Program-made: the position numbers and the translations under genes
The notes under the pieces: model-generated
The model's input: the letters and a program-made list of their open reading frames with translations, nothing else
The model's database searches: none
What the model was told of the DNA's origin: nothing
From: Laetmonice hystrix
Lineage: Eukaryota
Assembly (NCBI GenBank): GCA_965235115.1
Contig: OZ249436.1
Span: forward strand, 20,958,001 to 21,022,000
Direction: 5' to 3'
DNA: 64,000 nucleotides
In this document: piece after piece, positions 38,916 to 52,387 of the stretch
Numbering within the stretch: the stretch's first letter is position 1
Layout of the letters: every line of letters begins with the position of its first letter

Positions 38916-39420
38916 CTGGAACGAGAAACACCAGTCAGCAATAGCTACGGTCCTCATATATCACGGACACACCCGATGCGGGTTAGGCACTCGTGGTCTG
39001 GGGTCTCGGGTGAATATGCATGGTTGTGGCAGCAGTTTGATCTAATAAAATATTCATGACTTTATCTATACCCTGAAACATATCACCTCATGTTAGTTTC
39101 ATCAACTCTAACTGTCTAATAGTTCTCGTATGCCATATCTGGCATACCGACTACAGTTAGTCACCCTGCGTCTGTCGACATGGCGAAATGGATGTTCCAT
39201 TACAAAGACCGCTGTCCACTGGATTTACTGCGGGCGGCGCTCTTGCGATGCTGTTATTTTACCGCTTCTGCCATCTCCCATAAAAAGCTATAATGCAGAG
39301 GGGCTTGCTCAGCTTATCCCTCTGCCATACATGCCTTTTTACGGGCGAAATCGGGCCCCTATGCGTTTAACCCCGTTTTTTTAAAGTCGGCCGTGCTGTA
39401 TGGTATTATTTTGTAAAATT

Positions 39421-39468
39421 TAACGTACCTCTAAATCCCACCTGATGGTGGGATTTAGAGGTACGTTA
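39421..39468. other. perfect 22-bp inverted repeat with 4-nt loop (intronic hairpin)
   Basis: TAACGTACCTCTAAATCCCACC-TGAT-GGTGGGATTTAGAGGTACGTTA. Confidence 0.9.
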
Positions 39469-39797
39469 TACGTAAGTATACCAAGTGACAGGAACTACAT
39501 TTGCGGAGGGAAATCAGCTAGTCGCAAGTCGGTCGGGGCAATTTCAGGATGATTCGAAATACTTCGGTTTCCGACTAGGTACTTCTGTTCCAACATGGCG
39601 GCTGCAGATGATTTCTCCGGAGATTTGGAAGTTTGTGTTGCCTCATATTGTACCCTGGATAGAACTTCAGAAGCACTTAATCGAGCTTAATTCGAACTCG
39701 GCAATGTTCGGCTGTTCCGGTCGGGGATTTCTAGGTCAGGTCAGGGGTCACTCAAACGGAAGTGCCCAATGTTTGACAGCGATTGAACGAAGAGAAC

Positions 39798-39985
39798 GAT
39801 AGGATGTCTCTTTCCGTGCGAGCTGACAGGAGTCTCTTGACCCGACGATAAATTAGACCTGCATGCTACAGCAAAACGGTAATAGAGAGAAACGAGACAT
39901 GTGGCACATTCTAATGGTGCGCAATACACACTGCTTATCCTTGATCTACGTACCTTCTCTGTCTTTCTGTCTGTCTGTCTGTCTA

Positions 39986-40032
<47 letters not shown>

Positions 40033-40265
40033 CAGTTGAACTATCAGTGAATGCGGTAACAGTGCAAGACGTAGCTATAGAGGACATCGGTTTCGTTACA
40101 AATGTAGAGGATCTTCCAAAAAGGTTTTTTTTAATGCGTTAGTGTTCTTTGAAAAACACGTGGTCCGTCGCAAGGGTGTTTGGAAGTTCCCCATAACCGT
40201 TGTCTGATGTCCAGACACCAACCTGACAGACTGTAACTTGACCTAAACCGGCGCCATCTGTTAGA
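39798..40265 (+). repeat. dispersed repeat with internal (CTGT)n/(CT)n tract, copy 1
   Basis: Matches the reverse complement of 58869-59893 (e.g. GATAGGATGTCTCTTTCCGTGCGAGCTGACAGGAGTCTCTTGACCCGACGATAAATTAGACCTG and CAGTCAGTTGAACTATCAGTGAATGCGGTAACAGTGCAAGACGTAGCTA). Confidence 0.88.
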
Positions 40266-42105
40266 GTGCGGCTTCTGAAGAAAGTCTTTGATTGTGGCAG
40301 TCGTAAATGTATGCTGCAATCCGCCGCACATCTCTGCGTGCACGCAACGCACCGCCGCTGTGACTGCCTTGTTCGTTGACTGCGTTGCGTCTGGGAGACG
40401 CAAAGGCTCCGCGACTGACGCACCACAAGGGAAACCGCATGCCGCAAGCTCTGTGGACAAGGCCCATAAGGTGGAAGAGCTCAGAACTTCCAGTTCCCAG
40501 ACTTAACCCTAACACCTAATTCTTGTTCCCCGACCTAACCCCAACACCTACTTCCAGTTCCCAGACCTAAACCTAACCCTATACTCTGTACACCGTTTGA
40601 CGACAGCGGGGAAGAGGTCTGATTATGGCCTGAACAGAAACATCTTCCTCTCTCACAGAAATGAGCACATGACGTTCAGCATAAATCACATGAACTCCCT
40701 TTTGTAGTTTGATCCGGTAAATCTTTCCCTTTATATATACGGAGAGCATGAACAAGTGTTGGGTAATAAACGATCGATGTTACTGTTCAGTGCGATTTTG
40801 AGCATGTTGCAATACTTTGGCCAGCGAGTATAGGCGGCTTCCTGCATGGGAAATAAGGAAACAAGGTAACCGTAATAAAGCATTAGCAATTTGTAGCAAT
40901 TACGATCTGAAAGCCATTGAAGCTAATATTCTTGTATGACTTCAATGGCGTAGGAGATTAGCACTCAGCCTGCTATCCGCTGAGTAGGTACCGCATCCAT
41001 TAAAGAAAACGAGGTCGCGATCTTCTAAATGGATCCACCAGATGTCGCGGTAATGAAAACCACAAATGTTGGTAATTTTCCGGTATACGCTGTCCCTCCA
41101 GCGAGTTCGTAATAATGTTGTCTTCCTTCCGTCTCAGCATGGTCGACCTAAAATCATTCAGGTGCCCTTTCAATCCTCGATGAAGCACAGTGTTTGAAAA
41201 GATCGTTTACTATGTTTATATCCTACTTCAGGAGAACCCTCCGCCAAGAGAAAGCAAACAACGTAATGCCTAGAACCGCAAGTGGATGCGAATAGATTCT
41301 GGTTCTTGAGCAATTCTCCATTGAAAGTGGTATAATACGTTTGGGCAGGACAAGCAGTAGAGGGTGTAATCCTATAGCTGTTCTGGGAGTTATTATTCAA
41401 AGATCTTGTCCGTTGTTATATTATCAGGTGTAGTTTTCAGTTCATAATGACCCAGGGGAGAGTTTGTGTACACAAGGACCCGTCCGGAGGTTGGAGAGCG
41501 CAGGTGTCAGTTCTGTTATGGGCTGTCTGAACGATTCACACACCGAGTTTTCACCCGACGACAACAGTTAGCTGGTCCAATGCAAGTGGACAGGCGGAAG
41601 AGATATCCGTTGGAATTAGTTATGAAACGCCAGTGCTATAATCAGTTCATTATATTATATTACTCAACATTTACGTTTTCTAAATTAATTGCATTATGGC
41701 TTCCTCTTTCCACCGCCAGTTGTAAGGAATTCCATGTTGAATTTTCCATACCATGACCTACTCGACAACAAAACAGATTAACGGCGTTTAATGGGATTCC
41801 TTTATCTTACGACTATGATTTTAAAAACTGTCTATGCTCGTGTGAACCGAGGGTTGGTTGGCGGCGCACACACGGCGTCCAATGGAGCATTTCGTCAACG
41901 GTGAGGGGAGAAAACCTCTCCGTGTGAAATTCAATCTTTTCAATATTGAATAGCTTTGCGGTTCGTCCCCATACTCACAGAAATCAGGCCATTTCTCCTT
42001 TTCTCCATATAGAACGTACGAATAGACGTTACCTAAACCAAATGGCGGCTAAAATTAAAGGGGCTATGAATCGGAAATCCGGCTGTAAGTGTGAAGGCAA
42101 TGTTA

Positions 42106-42317
42106 TGGCTGGATTCCACTAAGCCGATTTACATCCGATCGGCCATCTGATTGACGATAAAATGTATCTGATATTTGCGGCCGACGAAAAATATATATCT
42201 AATCTTTACAAATTAAATGTCCTTTAATGATTTGATGACACAAATTACCAATAATTTCAAAAGTTAAGAAAATCGGATGGCCGATCGGATGTAAAGCGGC
42301 TTGGTGGAACACGGGCT
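42106..42317. mobile_element. 212-bp MITE with TTA TSD (Harbinger/Tourist-like)
   Basis: ~45-bp imperfect TIR ...TTCCACTAAGCCGATTTACATCCGATCGGCCATCTGATT / AATCGGATGGCCGATCGGATGTAAAGCGGCTTGGTGGAA...; TTA at 42103-42105 and 42318-42320. Confidence 0.8.
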
Positions 42318-43345
42318 TTAGTCTGGCGAGATGAAAAGTCCAATGGACCAGGATTCCGTTGGGTTCAGGCTATGAATATGGTTTGTGCTCTGGAGATATA
42401 CTGAAAAAATACAATATTACGGACTACCAGTCATAGGGATGCAGGTCCTTCTGACGTGCATTCCAGGAGGGCTTTGAAATCTGCTACGCCGGCCTTGAGA
42501 GGCTGTCCGCAGTTGGAACCACTATACGATATTCCTATTCAGATGTTGCCGACTTGCCGGGGCGCGAAATTCTTTTCCCCACATGAGCTCGGTAGCAAAG
42601 CGGAGCCCGACCGTTAATTAACCGAAAATCCCCCAAAGAGATTAAAGTTTTGTAATATAACTATTCGTTAGGTTCCGCTTTGGTCCCGAGCTCATTGTGG
42701 GGTAAAAATCGCTGCCGGGGCAGCATGTGTTGGGAAAGCCACGCTGGAGCGGACCCGTCCCGACTGATGACACTTCCCATGAAATCTTGCGAGAGTCACG
42801 AAGGCCAGTTTCATCAAGTATTCCATGCTGGAGTTTGGACCGCCCCAGCGTGTGCTTTGAAAAGAAGCTTGTAATCACTGGTCATGCCATGACACCAGAA
42901 AAACTCTGACGTGACGGGGTGGAGAAGGGTATTAATTCCTAATTCATGCGTGGGTTCTTCCTCGCGTGAGGTGTGGGTGGATTGGGTGGTTTGGTATTAT
43001 GTCTGCAACTGTTGGCCATCTTCAGGGCGACAACAAGTCCCCCCCCCCCCAGTATATTTGCGATCATCATGACGGTCATGATGCGGGTACTGATGATACA
43101 GGGGAACACCGTACACCGGGACAACGTCCTTACCTTTTTGATAAGTAGCAACGCTTATTTTATGTGCAGCACTGCGTAGACAGTGTTACACGCCCGGCCT
43201 TTAATTACCCAGTTGGCAGCACTGGGCGCCTATTCCTCGTCCATTCAAAATCCAAGTTATTTTATTGTAATAAGAACTTTTGTAATAACACTCCCCTGTA
43301 GCACCGGTATTTTACACCAGTGCTCTCTGAAATATAGGTTGTGCC

Positions 43346-43589
43346 CAGTGGCGTATCCAGGGGGGAAAAACATTAATATATTAAGGACATTTTGGTAAAC
43401 AAAAAAGGGTGTAAAATGAATTATTTTAACCAAAGGAAACCTGCATATTTCCACACAATTAAGATGTCCCTAGATTGCATTATTTGATGTCTTTTTTTAT
43501 AATTTCCCTGAGGAGCATGGCTTAATTGCCATCTCTATAGTACCTAAACTTCGGAAAACCCCCTTAGAAAATTTCAGGATACGTCACTG
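43346..43589. mobile_element. 244-bp MITE with 5-bp TSD (hAT-like termini)
   Basis: TIR CAGTGGCGTATCC / GGATACGTCACTG; GTGCC duplicated at 43341-43345 and 43590-43594. Confidence 0.78.
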
Positions 43590-45846
43590 GTGCCGATTGC
43601 TGACTTCCATGAAAGGTAAGTCAGTAATACAGCGAGAATTACTCAGACTGCTTCTCTGTCAGTCGGTTGTCTCTACCAACATAGGAAAGGAACTGAATTT
43701 CTGGCGTTGTCAACTATACGACAAAGATTAATTCACAAAAAATAATAAGAATTGAAAACGTGCTAAGTCTTTTAATATGACGTGTAATATTAGCCATAAA
43801 AGACCTGCCATTTCAGCCACAATACGTTGCCACGAGGAGACGGCATTCTCAGATGTCACCAGAGTTACTTAACTTGCTGGTGGAGGGTTTACGTATGTCT
43901 AAACACTCTACTGGAATCCAATAACCTTAGCCATGGACTTCAAAAAGGTGTACCACAGAGAGGAAAGGCGTTACGCTTGGAGTCCACTTGTGAGCAGTGG
44001 CAGAAGAGAGAATCTTTGGCCACTTTGAGAACAGAGGGAGAGTCAGTGAGGCCAGCAGACAGGGGATAAGATGTAAGCCTGCAACCGTACCCTTGTAATC
44101 GTCTACTTTTCTTTGATTCTTTAATGGCAAAGACATCACAAGAACCAGTTCTGAATAGTGGAAATCCCCCATATTATATCTGCATGAATGGGGCAGGTAA
44201 CTTCATTCAATGCTCCAAAATGAGTCTATGTGTGGTGTGAATTTGTTTATGCATCTAGAATATTTTAACTTTAGGAATTCATCATATATGCTCGTCAGGT
44301 AATCAGATCACGTTAGGAAACAGTGTTTTACGAAGTGGTTTTCAGGGACTTTGAAATTATGCACCCTTTGTTATGACAAAGGTAGTCATCGAAGCCGTTG
44401 CGCTTTCGGTGGCTATGGTTTCACTACACTGTTACCTTTAACACTAATTTGAAAAAAGAAGACGCACAAATCTTATTTAAAAGTTGAAAGAGTAAGGTAA
44501 ATGTAAAGTTATAAGCAAGGTCTAGAATTACGGTCGGCAGTTCAATGCCAATTACAATCCCCCGTCGGCCAACTTGTATAACGAATTGTGCTGTTCGGGT
44601 AAGATTGTTTGAAGAAAAGAAACAGGAAACCTTGCTTGAAACGTAATAAAGTGCAACTTTCCAAAGAACAGATGGAAGGTGTTTGACGGTCCCGCCCAGC
44701 TCATGTCCAGGGGAGCTGACCGTACACAGTCATGTCCCCAGACTGACCCAAACACAAAAATACCACGTCGCACACCGTGAGGGACTTTTCATGGACACTT
44801 ATTACACCTCAAACTTCCATCAAAGAGATTTTAACATTCTACACTGTCGAAGCGAGTACCCAATGCAACCAAGCCTTCAGTCTCACTGACTGGTTCATGA
44901 TAACCCCTAGAAACTGGAGAACATCCGAACCCAATGACGGGCCGAACCTTTCTGTCAGTCTGGTTGGGTGATCATCAGTCTTTGTCTGAGAACCAGATTT
45001 CCGACGCATGATACATTGCGCTCAGACAGATAATACAATCTGTCGAGGTTCCGCACTGCCGACTGGTTCAGCACATTCCGCACTATTTGATCACATCAGA
45101 CAAAATTCTTCAAATAGAAGCATACGTTCCTTCGGGTAAAATGTCATGCAGGTGTGGCGCAAAAATAGTAGTCCTGCCAAAATAGTAGTCACTATGGGGC
45201 GCCTCCATAGGAGCGAAAGCAGAACCCGTAAAAATAGTAGTCCAAGTTTAACTCGCCCGTCGTTAATAAATACAGTTCGCATTGAAATCGCATATGTAAA
45301 CAAGCAGAAGTCCGTAAATGCACCTTTGTAGACTCGCGACCTTTCAGCCTAATTTGAGATAGAGCTGCCCTGCGAAAGTTAGGTGACACGAACCCGAGAT
45401 GCAGCCAATGTTTCCATCATGGCGTACAGGCAGGCAGAGGGTACGCAAGGTCTCTACAAACACTGTAAGTAGAGCCAAGGTGGACAGAAGCACCTCGACC
45501 GGGCCCATTAGTCCAAGTGGCACCTCCCATTGTCTTCGTACAAACGTACAAACACTGCCAGCCACTCCATCTGGTCACTGGATGGTCGATATTGTGAGGC
45601 TGAATCAAATTTGAGACTGAAATAATGTTCGTAAGAGTGAATTCTGGGGTGGTCGTATATCTGAAACTTAAATGCATTGAAAATATAGGGATAATTTTGG
45701 GACTGCGCAAAAGTGGTCGTATTTTCTAGGTGGTCTTAGTTCTGAGGTGGTGGTTCAGTGAGATTCTACTATATATCTTCTTTACAGGCCAATGTGCTGA
45801 TAACAATATCCCTCCTGTCTCAAAAGCGTTGACATTTAGCGCCCTG

Positions 45847-48800
45847 GGCCCTGTTTCATAAACCACGACCAAAAAAGAACGATAATTCTTAAAAAATCTT
45901 AGCAGGAACGATAATCGTTACGATATATCGTCGGTTCCGTTTCATAAAGTGCATCGTTGAAGAAAATCAAAATCGTTACATATTTGAAAATCGTTCCTCG
46001 CGACCCTGGGCCCTGTTTCATAAAAAATCTTACATTTTAGATTTAATCATATTGTCGATATACGATAGATTCTGTTTCATAAAAGATCGTTCTTGTCGAA
46101 GAACGATAAATTTGTCACGACCAAATGAAAAATCGCTCAAGTGTTTCATAAAATCGTTCTTGGCTTTTTTTCAATCGTTATTTCCTCGAAAATAGTCGTT
46201 GGCCACGACCAGCCCGAGGGTTGTCGTAGGATAATATAAAAACACGAAATGAGTGAATTTTGGCGGAATTTTACTACAACCGTCATTTATGGAGAGGAGA
46301 AGGAGGCGTCGGTGGTTCTTCGCGTGATTAAACCCAATTAATACTAGGTTTTACGGTGACTTATTCGTGAAACATATCGTTATTTCCTCGAAAAAAAATC
46401 GTTGGCCACGACCACACCGAGGGTTGTCGTAGAATAATATAAAGGCGCGAAATAAGTGAATTCTTGCAGAATTTTACTTCAACCGTGAATTATGGAGGGG
46501 AGAAGGAGATGGTTCTTCGCGCGAATAGACCCAATTAATAGGTTTGACGGCGACTTATTCGGGAAACGGTATCGGCTGGACAAGGAGTCAGTAATCGCCC
46601 TTTCAAGAACATATGAAGACTCGCCGGCGATCCAAGTAATATCATGAATATAGTCAAAGCTTGAATTTGTGTAAAGAAGCTAACATTTATTCAAAATTTC
46701 CCAAATGTATTACTTAGAAATAAGTAAGGTATACTTCTTTAATAGGGTAATTCCTCTTAAAGTAATTAAGATGCCTATATCAGCTGTGTAGGCCTAAAAC
46801 TAACTCACCAAAAAATATGTTAATAGCCCCTTCCTGATTTTGCAGATGTGTTTGGCCCTGTGCTTCTACGCGACAGGGCCCAACTACAGAGTTCTGAGCG
46901 ACCTCTAGGACATTAGCAACCCCACCGTTAGCCGGGCCGTAGGGGAGGTGACGGATATTGAGGGAGTCCATACTGTGCCTCTCTCATCTTGTGCTTTATC
47001 TTGGGAGATGATGACTTTTTCTTCTCTTTGTGTTCTTTGTGTTCTTTACTGGGAACATCCGGGACATGGGGTTTCTTGTGGAGGGCAAAACATAAGACAT
47101 GTATGCCTACAATGTAGGCCTACATGATTTTATCCTTTATTTACCGGATAACAAGCACTAAGTCTTAGTACTAGCCCTAACTAGGTATCTACTATAGGTC
47201 TATACGGTGTAGTGTTTCCATTCAGCAGAAATACTTGGTCGCCCAACTACTTATGTTTTTTTTACCATACCAGCCCATTATAAACAAGCTTGTGAAGCTT
47301 ATAGCCCCCACTAAGAACTATGGATTCTTGAAGAAACGATGCACGACTTCAATTGATCTTTAAAGGGCAAAGAAAATATTGCCAAAGGAAACTTCGTATG
47401 TACTTCGTCCGCATCTTATAGTAACTATGCAGTTATGTACAATTTGATAGTGTTATCCGACGTGAAATGTTTTGTCTAGATACAGGCAATTGCAAATATG
47501 CTTGACCTTGATTGACCTTTAGAGGTTAGTTAAATTCATGGAAATTCATGATTTTCTCTCTCAATTTTTACTAAAATTATTAAATTTCACCAGACCCCGT
47601 CAGAGTCACAGCCCACTAACTGAGTAGGGACTAATTATCTGTGGGTCCAGGAACTATGTGTACTTTTGGCACGCTTGTTGCCCCTCATGCCTTCTGTCAC
47701 CATGAAAGAAGGACAGAAAATGTCAGAGTTATTATTTCGAATTTTTTCATATCCAAGATGGCCAGCAAGCAGCCACTTTTAATTATATGTTTGACCTGTG
47801 TCCTCCTTAGACTGTCCCTGGTTATTATGTAATGTTGCATGCAAGATTAGATCTTGTTATCTTCAACTGATTTGGAGGTACAGGCCATTAAAATCTGCAT
47901 GACCTTGATTGACCTTTCAAGGTCGCTCAAGGTCATGGGAAATGGCGCCAAATAAAACTTCATATATGACTTCCTATCTGTCAATAATAGTAACCTTTGC
48001 CTTATCTTGCACCGTTGTCGAGATACGAGCCAAAACAGTGTTATGGGGGAGTAAAAATATTACTGTGACCGCCATGTCGCCATATTTGCTCTGATCTGAG
48101 AATACATTGGCATATTCATTGCCCCTCATATGCACCTTCTTTCTACCAAATTTGAAAGAAATCGGGATCGTTTTGTCTGAGTTATTGCTCCAAATGTGAT
48201 TATATCCAAGATGGCCACCACGCGGCCATTTTGACTGATGTCAAAAATATCTTTGACCTGCCTCTACCTTGGACTGTACCTGATCATTATGTAATGTTTC
48301 ATGCAAGATTATGTTGTTACCGTCAACTGTTTTAAAGATCCAGGCTATTGAAAATCTGCATGACCTTGATTGACCTTTCAAGGTCGCTCAAGGTCATGGA
48401 AAATGGCGCCAAATGAAACTTCATATATGACTTCCTATCTATCAGTAATAGTAACTATTGCGTCATCTTGCACCGTTTTCGAGATATAAGCCAAAACAGT
48501 GTCATTGTGGGGGGGTCAAGAAACAAATATGGCCGCCATGTCGCCATTTTGAATCTTAATTGAAATTGTATTGCGATGCATATTGGCCATCATTATGCCT
48601 CCTCCCTGGACCAGGTTTGAAAGAAATCGTGACTGTTTTGGCTGAGATATTGATGAAAATGTGTTTACATCCAAGATGGCCGCCAAACGGCCATTTTGAA
48701 TGATATCAAAAATCTGTTTGACGTGCATCATACTCAGATCATCCCTGCTCATTGTGTGAAGTTTCAAAGAAATCGACCCATACACTTCTGAGAAATCGCT

Positions 48801-51679
48801 GTCTACGGATATACGAACGTATGTACATACGGCAGAACAAGCATGTGTCAAGGGGGTATTCCCGGAATTCCCCTCCTGACGTCACTATTCAGTTCATTCA
48901 ACTGGTTCCCGGTTGTCTTACCCAGGGTCGACGAGGAACGATTTTCAAATATGTAACGATTTTGATTTTCTTCAACGATGCACTTTATGAAACGGAACCG
49001 ACGATATATCGTAACGATTATCGTTCCTGCTACGATTTTTTAAGAATTATCGTTCTTTTTTGGTCGTGGTTTATGAAACAGGGCCCAGTAAGACAACCGG
49101 GAACCAGTTGAATGAACTGAATAGTGACGTCAGGAGGGGAATTCCGGGAATACCCCCTTGACACATGCTTGTTCTGCCGTATGTACATACGTTCGTATGT
49201 CCGTAGACAGCGATTTCTCAGAAGTGTATGGGTCAATTTCTTTGAAACTTCACACAATGATCAGGGATGATCTGAGTATGATGCACGTTAAACAGATTTT
49301 TGATATCATTCAAAATGGCCGTTTGGCGGCCATCTTGGATGTAAACACATTTTCATCAATATCTCAGCCAAAACAGTCACGATTTCTTTCAAACCTGGTC
49401 CAGGGAGGAGGCATAATGATGGCCAATATGCATCGCAATACAATTTCAATTCAGATTCAAAATGGCGACATGGCGGCCATATTTGTTTCTTGACCCCCCC
49501 CCCCCCCCAATGACACTGTTTTGGCCTATATCTCGAAAACGGTGCAAGATGACGCAATAGTTACTATTACTGATAGATAGAAAGTCATATATGAAGTTTC
49601 ATTTGGCGCCATTTTCCATAACCTTGAGCGACCTTGAAAGGTCAATCAAGGTCATGCAGATTTTCAAGAGCCTGGATCTTTAAAACAGTTGACGATAACA
49701 ACATAATCTTGCATGAAACATTACATAATGATCAGGTACAGTCCAAGGTAAAGGCAGGTCAAAGATATAAGTCAAAATGGCCGCGTGGTGGCCATCTTGG
49801 ATATAATCACATTTGGAGCAATAACTCAGACAAAACGATCCCGATTTCTTTCAAATTTTGTAGAAAGAAGGTGCATATGAGGGGCAATGAATTTGCCAAT
49901 GTATTCTCAGATCAGAGCAAATATGGCGACATGGCGGTCACAGTAATATTTTTACTCCCCCATAACACTGTTTTGGCTCGTATCTCAACAACGGTGCAAG
50001 ATAAGGCAATTGACAGATAGGAAGTCATATATGAAGTTTCATTTGGCGCCATTTCCCATGACCTTGAGCGAGCTTGAAAGGTCAATCAAGGTCATGCAGA
50101 TTTTAATGGCCTGTACCCCCAAATCAGTTGAAGATAACAAGATCTAATCTTGCATGCAACATTACATAATAACCAGGGACAGTCTAAGGAGGACACAGGT
50201 CAAACATATAATTAAAAATGGCTGCTTGCTGGCCATCTTGGATATGAAAAAATTCGAAACAATAACTCTGACATTTTCTGTCCTTCTTTCTTGGTGACAG
50301 AAGGCATGAGGGGCAACAAGCGTGCCAAAAGTACACATAGTTCCTGGACCCACAGATAATTAGTCCCTACTCAGTTAGTGGGCTGTGACTCTGACAGGGT
50401 CTGGTGAAATTTACTAATTTTAGTAAAAATTGAGAGAGAAAATCATGAATTTCCATGAATTTAACTAACCTCTAAAGGTCAATCAAGGTCAAGCATATTT
50501 GCAATTGCCTGTATCTAGACAAAACACTTCACGTCGGATAACACTATCAAATTGTCAATTGAAGTCGTGCATCGTTTCTTCAAGAATCCATAGTTCTTAG
50601 TGGGGGCTATAAGCTTCACAAGCTTGTTTATAATGGGCTGGTATGGTAAAAAAAAACATAAGTAGTTGGGCGACCAAGTATTTTTGCTGAATGGAAAACA
50701 CTACACCGTATAGACCTATAGTAGATACCTAGTTAGGGCTAGTACTAAGACTTAGTGCTTGTTATCCGGTAAATAAAGGATAAAATCATGTAGGCCTACA
50801 TTGTAGGCATACATGTCTTATGTTTTGCCCTCCACAAGAAACCCCATGTCCCGGATGTTCCCAGTAAAGAACACAAAGAACACAAAGAGAAGAAAAAGTC
50901 ATCATCTCCCAAGATAAAGCACAAGATGAGAGAGGCACAGTATGGACTCCCTCAATATCCGTCACCTCCCCTACGGCCCGGCTAACGGTGGGCTTGCTAA
51001 AGTCCTACAGGTCGCTCAGAACTCTGTAGTTGGGCCCTGTCGCGTAGAAGCACAGGGCCAAACACATCTGCAAAATGAGGAAGGGGCTATTAACATATTT
51101 TTTGGTGAGTTAGTTTTAGGCCTACACAGCTGATATAGGCGTCTTAATTTTAATTGGGTCTATTCGCGCGAAGAACCATCTCCTTCTCCCCTCCATAATT
51201 CACGGTTGAAGTAAAATTCCGCAAACATTCACTTATTTCGCGCCTTTATATTATTCTACGACAACCCTCGGTGTGGTCGTGGCCAACGATTTTTTTTCGA
51301 GGAAATAACGATATGTTTCACGAATAAATCACCGTAAAACCTAGTATTAATTGGGTTTATTCACGCGAAGAACCACCGACGCCTCCTTCTCCTCTCCATA
51401 AATGACGGTTGTAGTAAAATTTCGCCAAAATTCACTCATTTCGTGTTTTTATATTATCCTACGACAACCCTCGGGGTGGTCGTGGCCAACGACTATTTTC
51501 GAGGAAATAACGATTGAAAAAAAGCCAAGAACGATTTTATGAAACACTTGAGCGATTTTTCATTTGGTCGTGACAAATTTATCGTTCTTCGACAAGAACG
51601 ATCTTTTATGAAACAGAATCTATCGTATATCGACAATATGATTAAATCTAAAATGTAAGATTTTTTATGAAACAGGGCC
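45847..51679 (+). mobile_element. Harbinger-like element, copy 2 (outer; interrupted at 46008/49086)
   Basis: Same TIRs as copy 1; CTG duplicated at 45844-45846 and 51680-51682; 45847-46008 plus 49089-51679 is collinear with copy 1, with internal deletions near 50555 and 51148. Confidence 0.92.
46009..49085 (-). mobile_element. Harbinger-like element, copy 3 (inner, inverted, full length)
   Basis: Reverse complement of copy 1 from TIR to TIR; inserted at the internal CCCTGG of copy 2; flanks CTG (46006-46008) and CAG (49086-49088), an imperfect TSD. Confidence 0.92.
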
Positions 51680-52387
51680 CTGGTTGGATAGAAGGAAGGA
51701 CTACTAATTTAGAGGACTACTATTTTGGCGCCTTTAAGCGCCAAAATAGTAGTCCGGACTACTATCTTGGCGACTACACCTGTGGCTAAGTAAGACATTA
51801 CTCTACCTTCTAGGTTCTATTTCGATGTGCAAAGTGATATATGCCTCATACCATCAATGTAATACGAACCTTTTCAACGATGCTATGAAAGAGGCTGATA
51901 CAATATTGTTTGCCTAATCTGAAACGCAACAGCATCTCATATGTTGGATGGACAGATAGAGCCGAGAGCCAGACATGACCTCATTCACGTGTATTCCATT
52001 CAGAGTGGACACTCGGCTTGCCGAGAAAAACTCGGACCTACTGGCTGTGTGGCCGGAGATAGTGTGGCTTCCTGTCAGCACAATGTCTGCAATCACGTCG
52101 CTCAACACTGTTCACGCATGGCCCAGGTGTAGATACGATTTCTTCGAGGGAAAAAAACATTTATGTAAAGACTCGCGGACAAGGATTTCCGACCAGAAAG
52201 TATGTTGATTTAGATAGTTGATATTGAGTGTCGGCGGCAAGGTTCAACTGCTAGTAGACTCCATGCGGATCCGAGAGCTTAATTTAGGCCATGAAGCACC
52301 AGACCGATGACTGCAATGTCTACCTTTGCACACTGTTGGGAATGAAGTTTAATTGACATAATTAAAGCGTTCATTAAGGATTGTTGT

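Larger units (their letters stand above)
45149..51782. mobile_element. ~0.8-kb TIR element split by the nested Harbinger-like copies
   Basis: Left CAGGTGTGGCGCAAAAATAGTAGTCC versus reverse complement of right end CAGGTGTAGTCGCCAAGATAGTAGTCC; AAAATAGTAGTC / GGACTACTA subterminal repeats on both sides. Confidence 0.7.

Noticed and set aside
40497..40582. Interstitial telomeric repeat
   Set aside because: Only scattered TAACCC within a ~33-bp imperfect duplication, not a (TTAGGG)n tract.
46009..51679. Palindromic assembly or chimeric-read artefact
   Set aside because: The arms differ by substitutions and deletions (near 50555 and 51148), and the outer copy has a matching CTG TSD, which fits real insertions; long reads would confirm.
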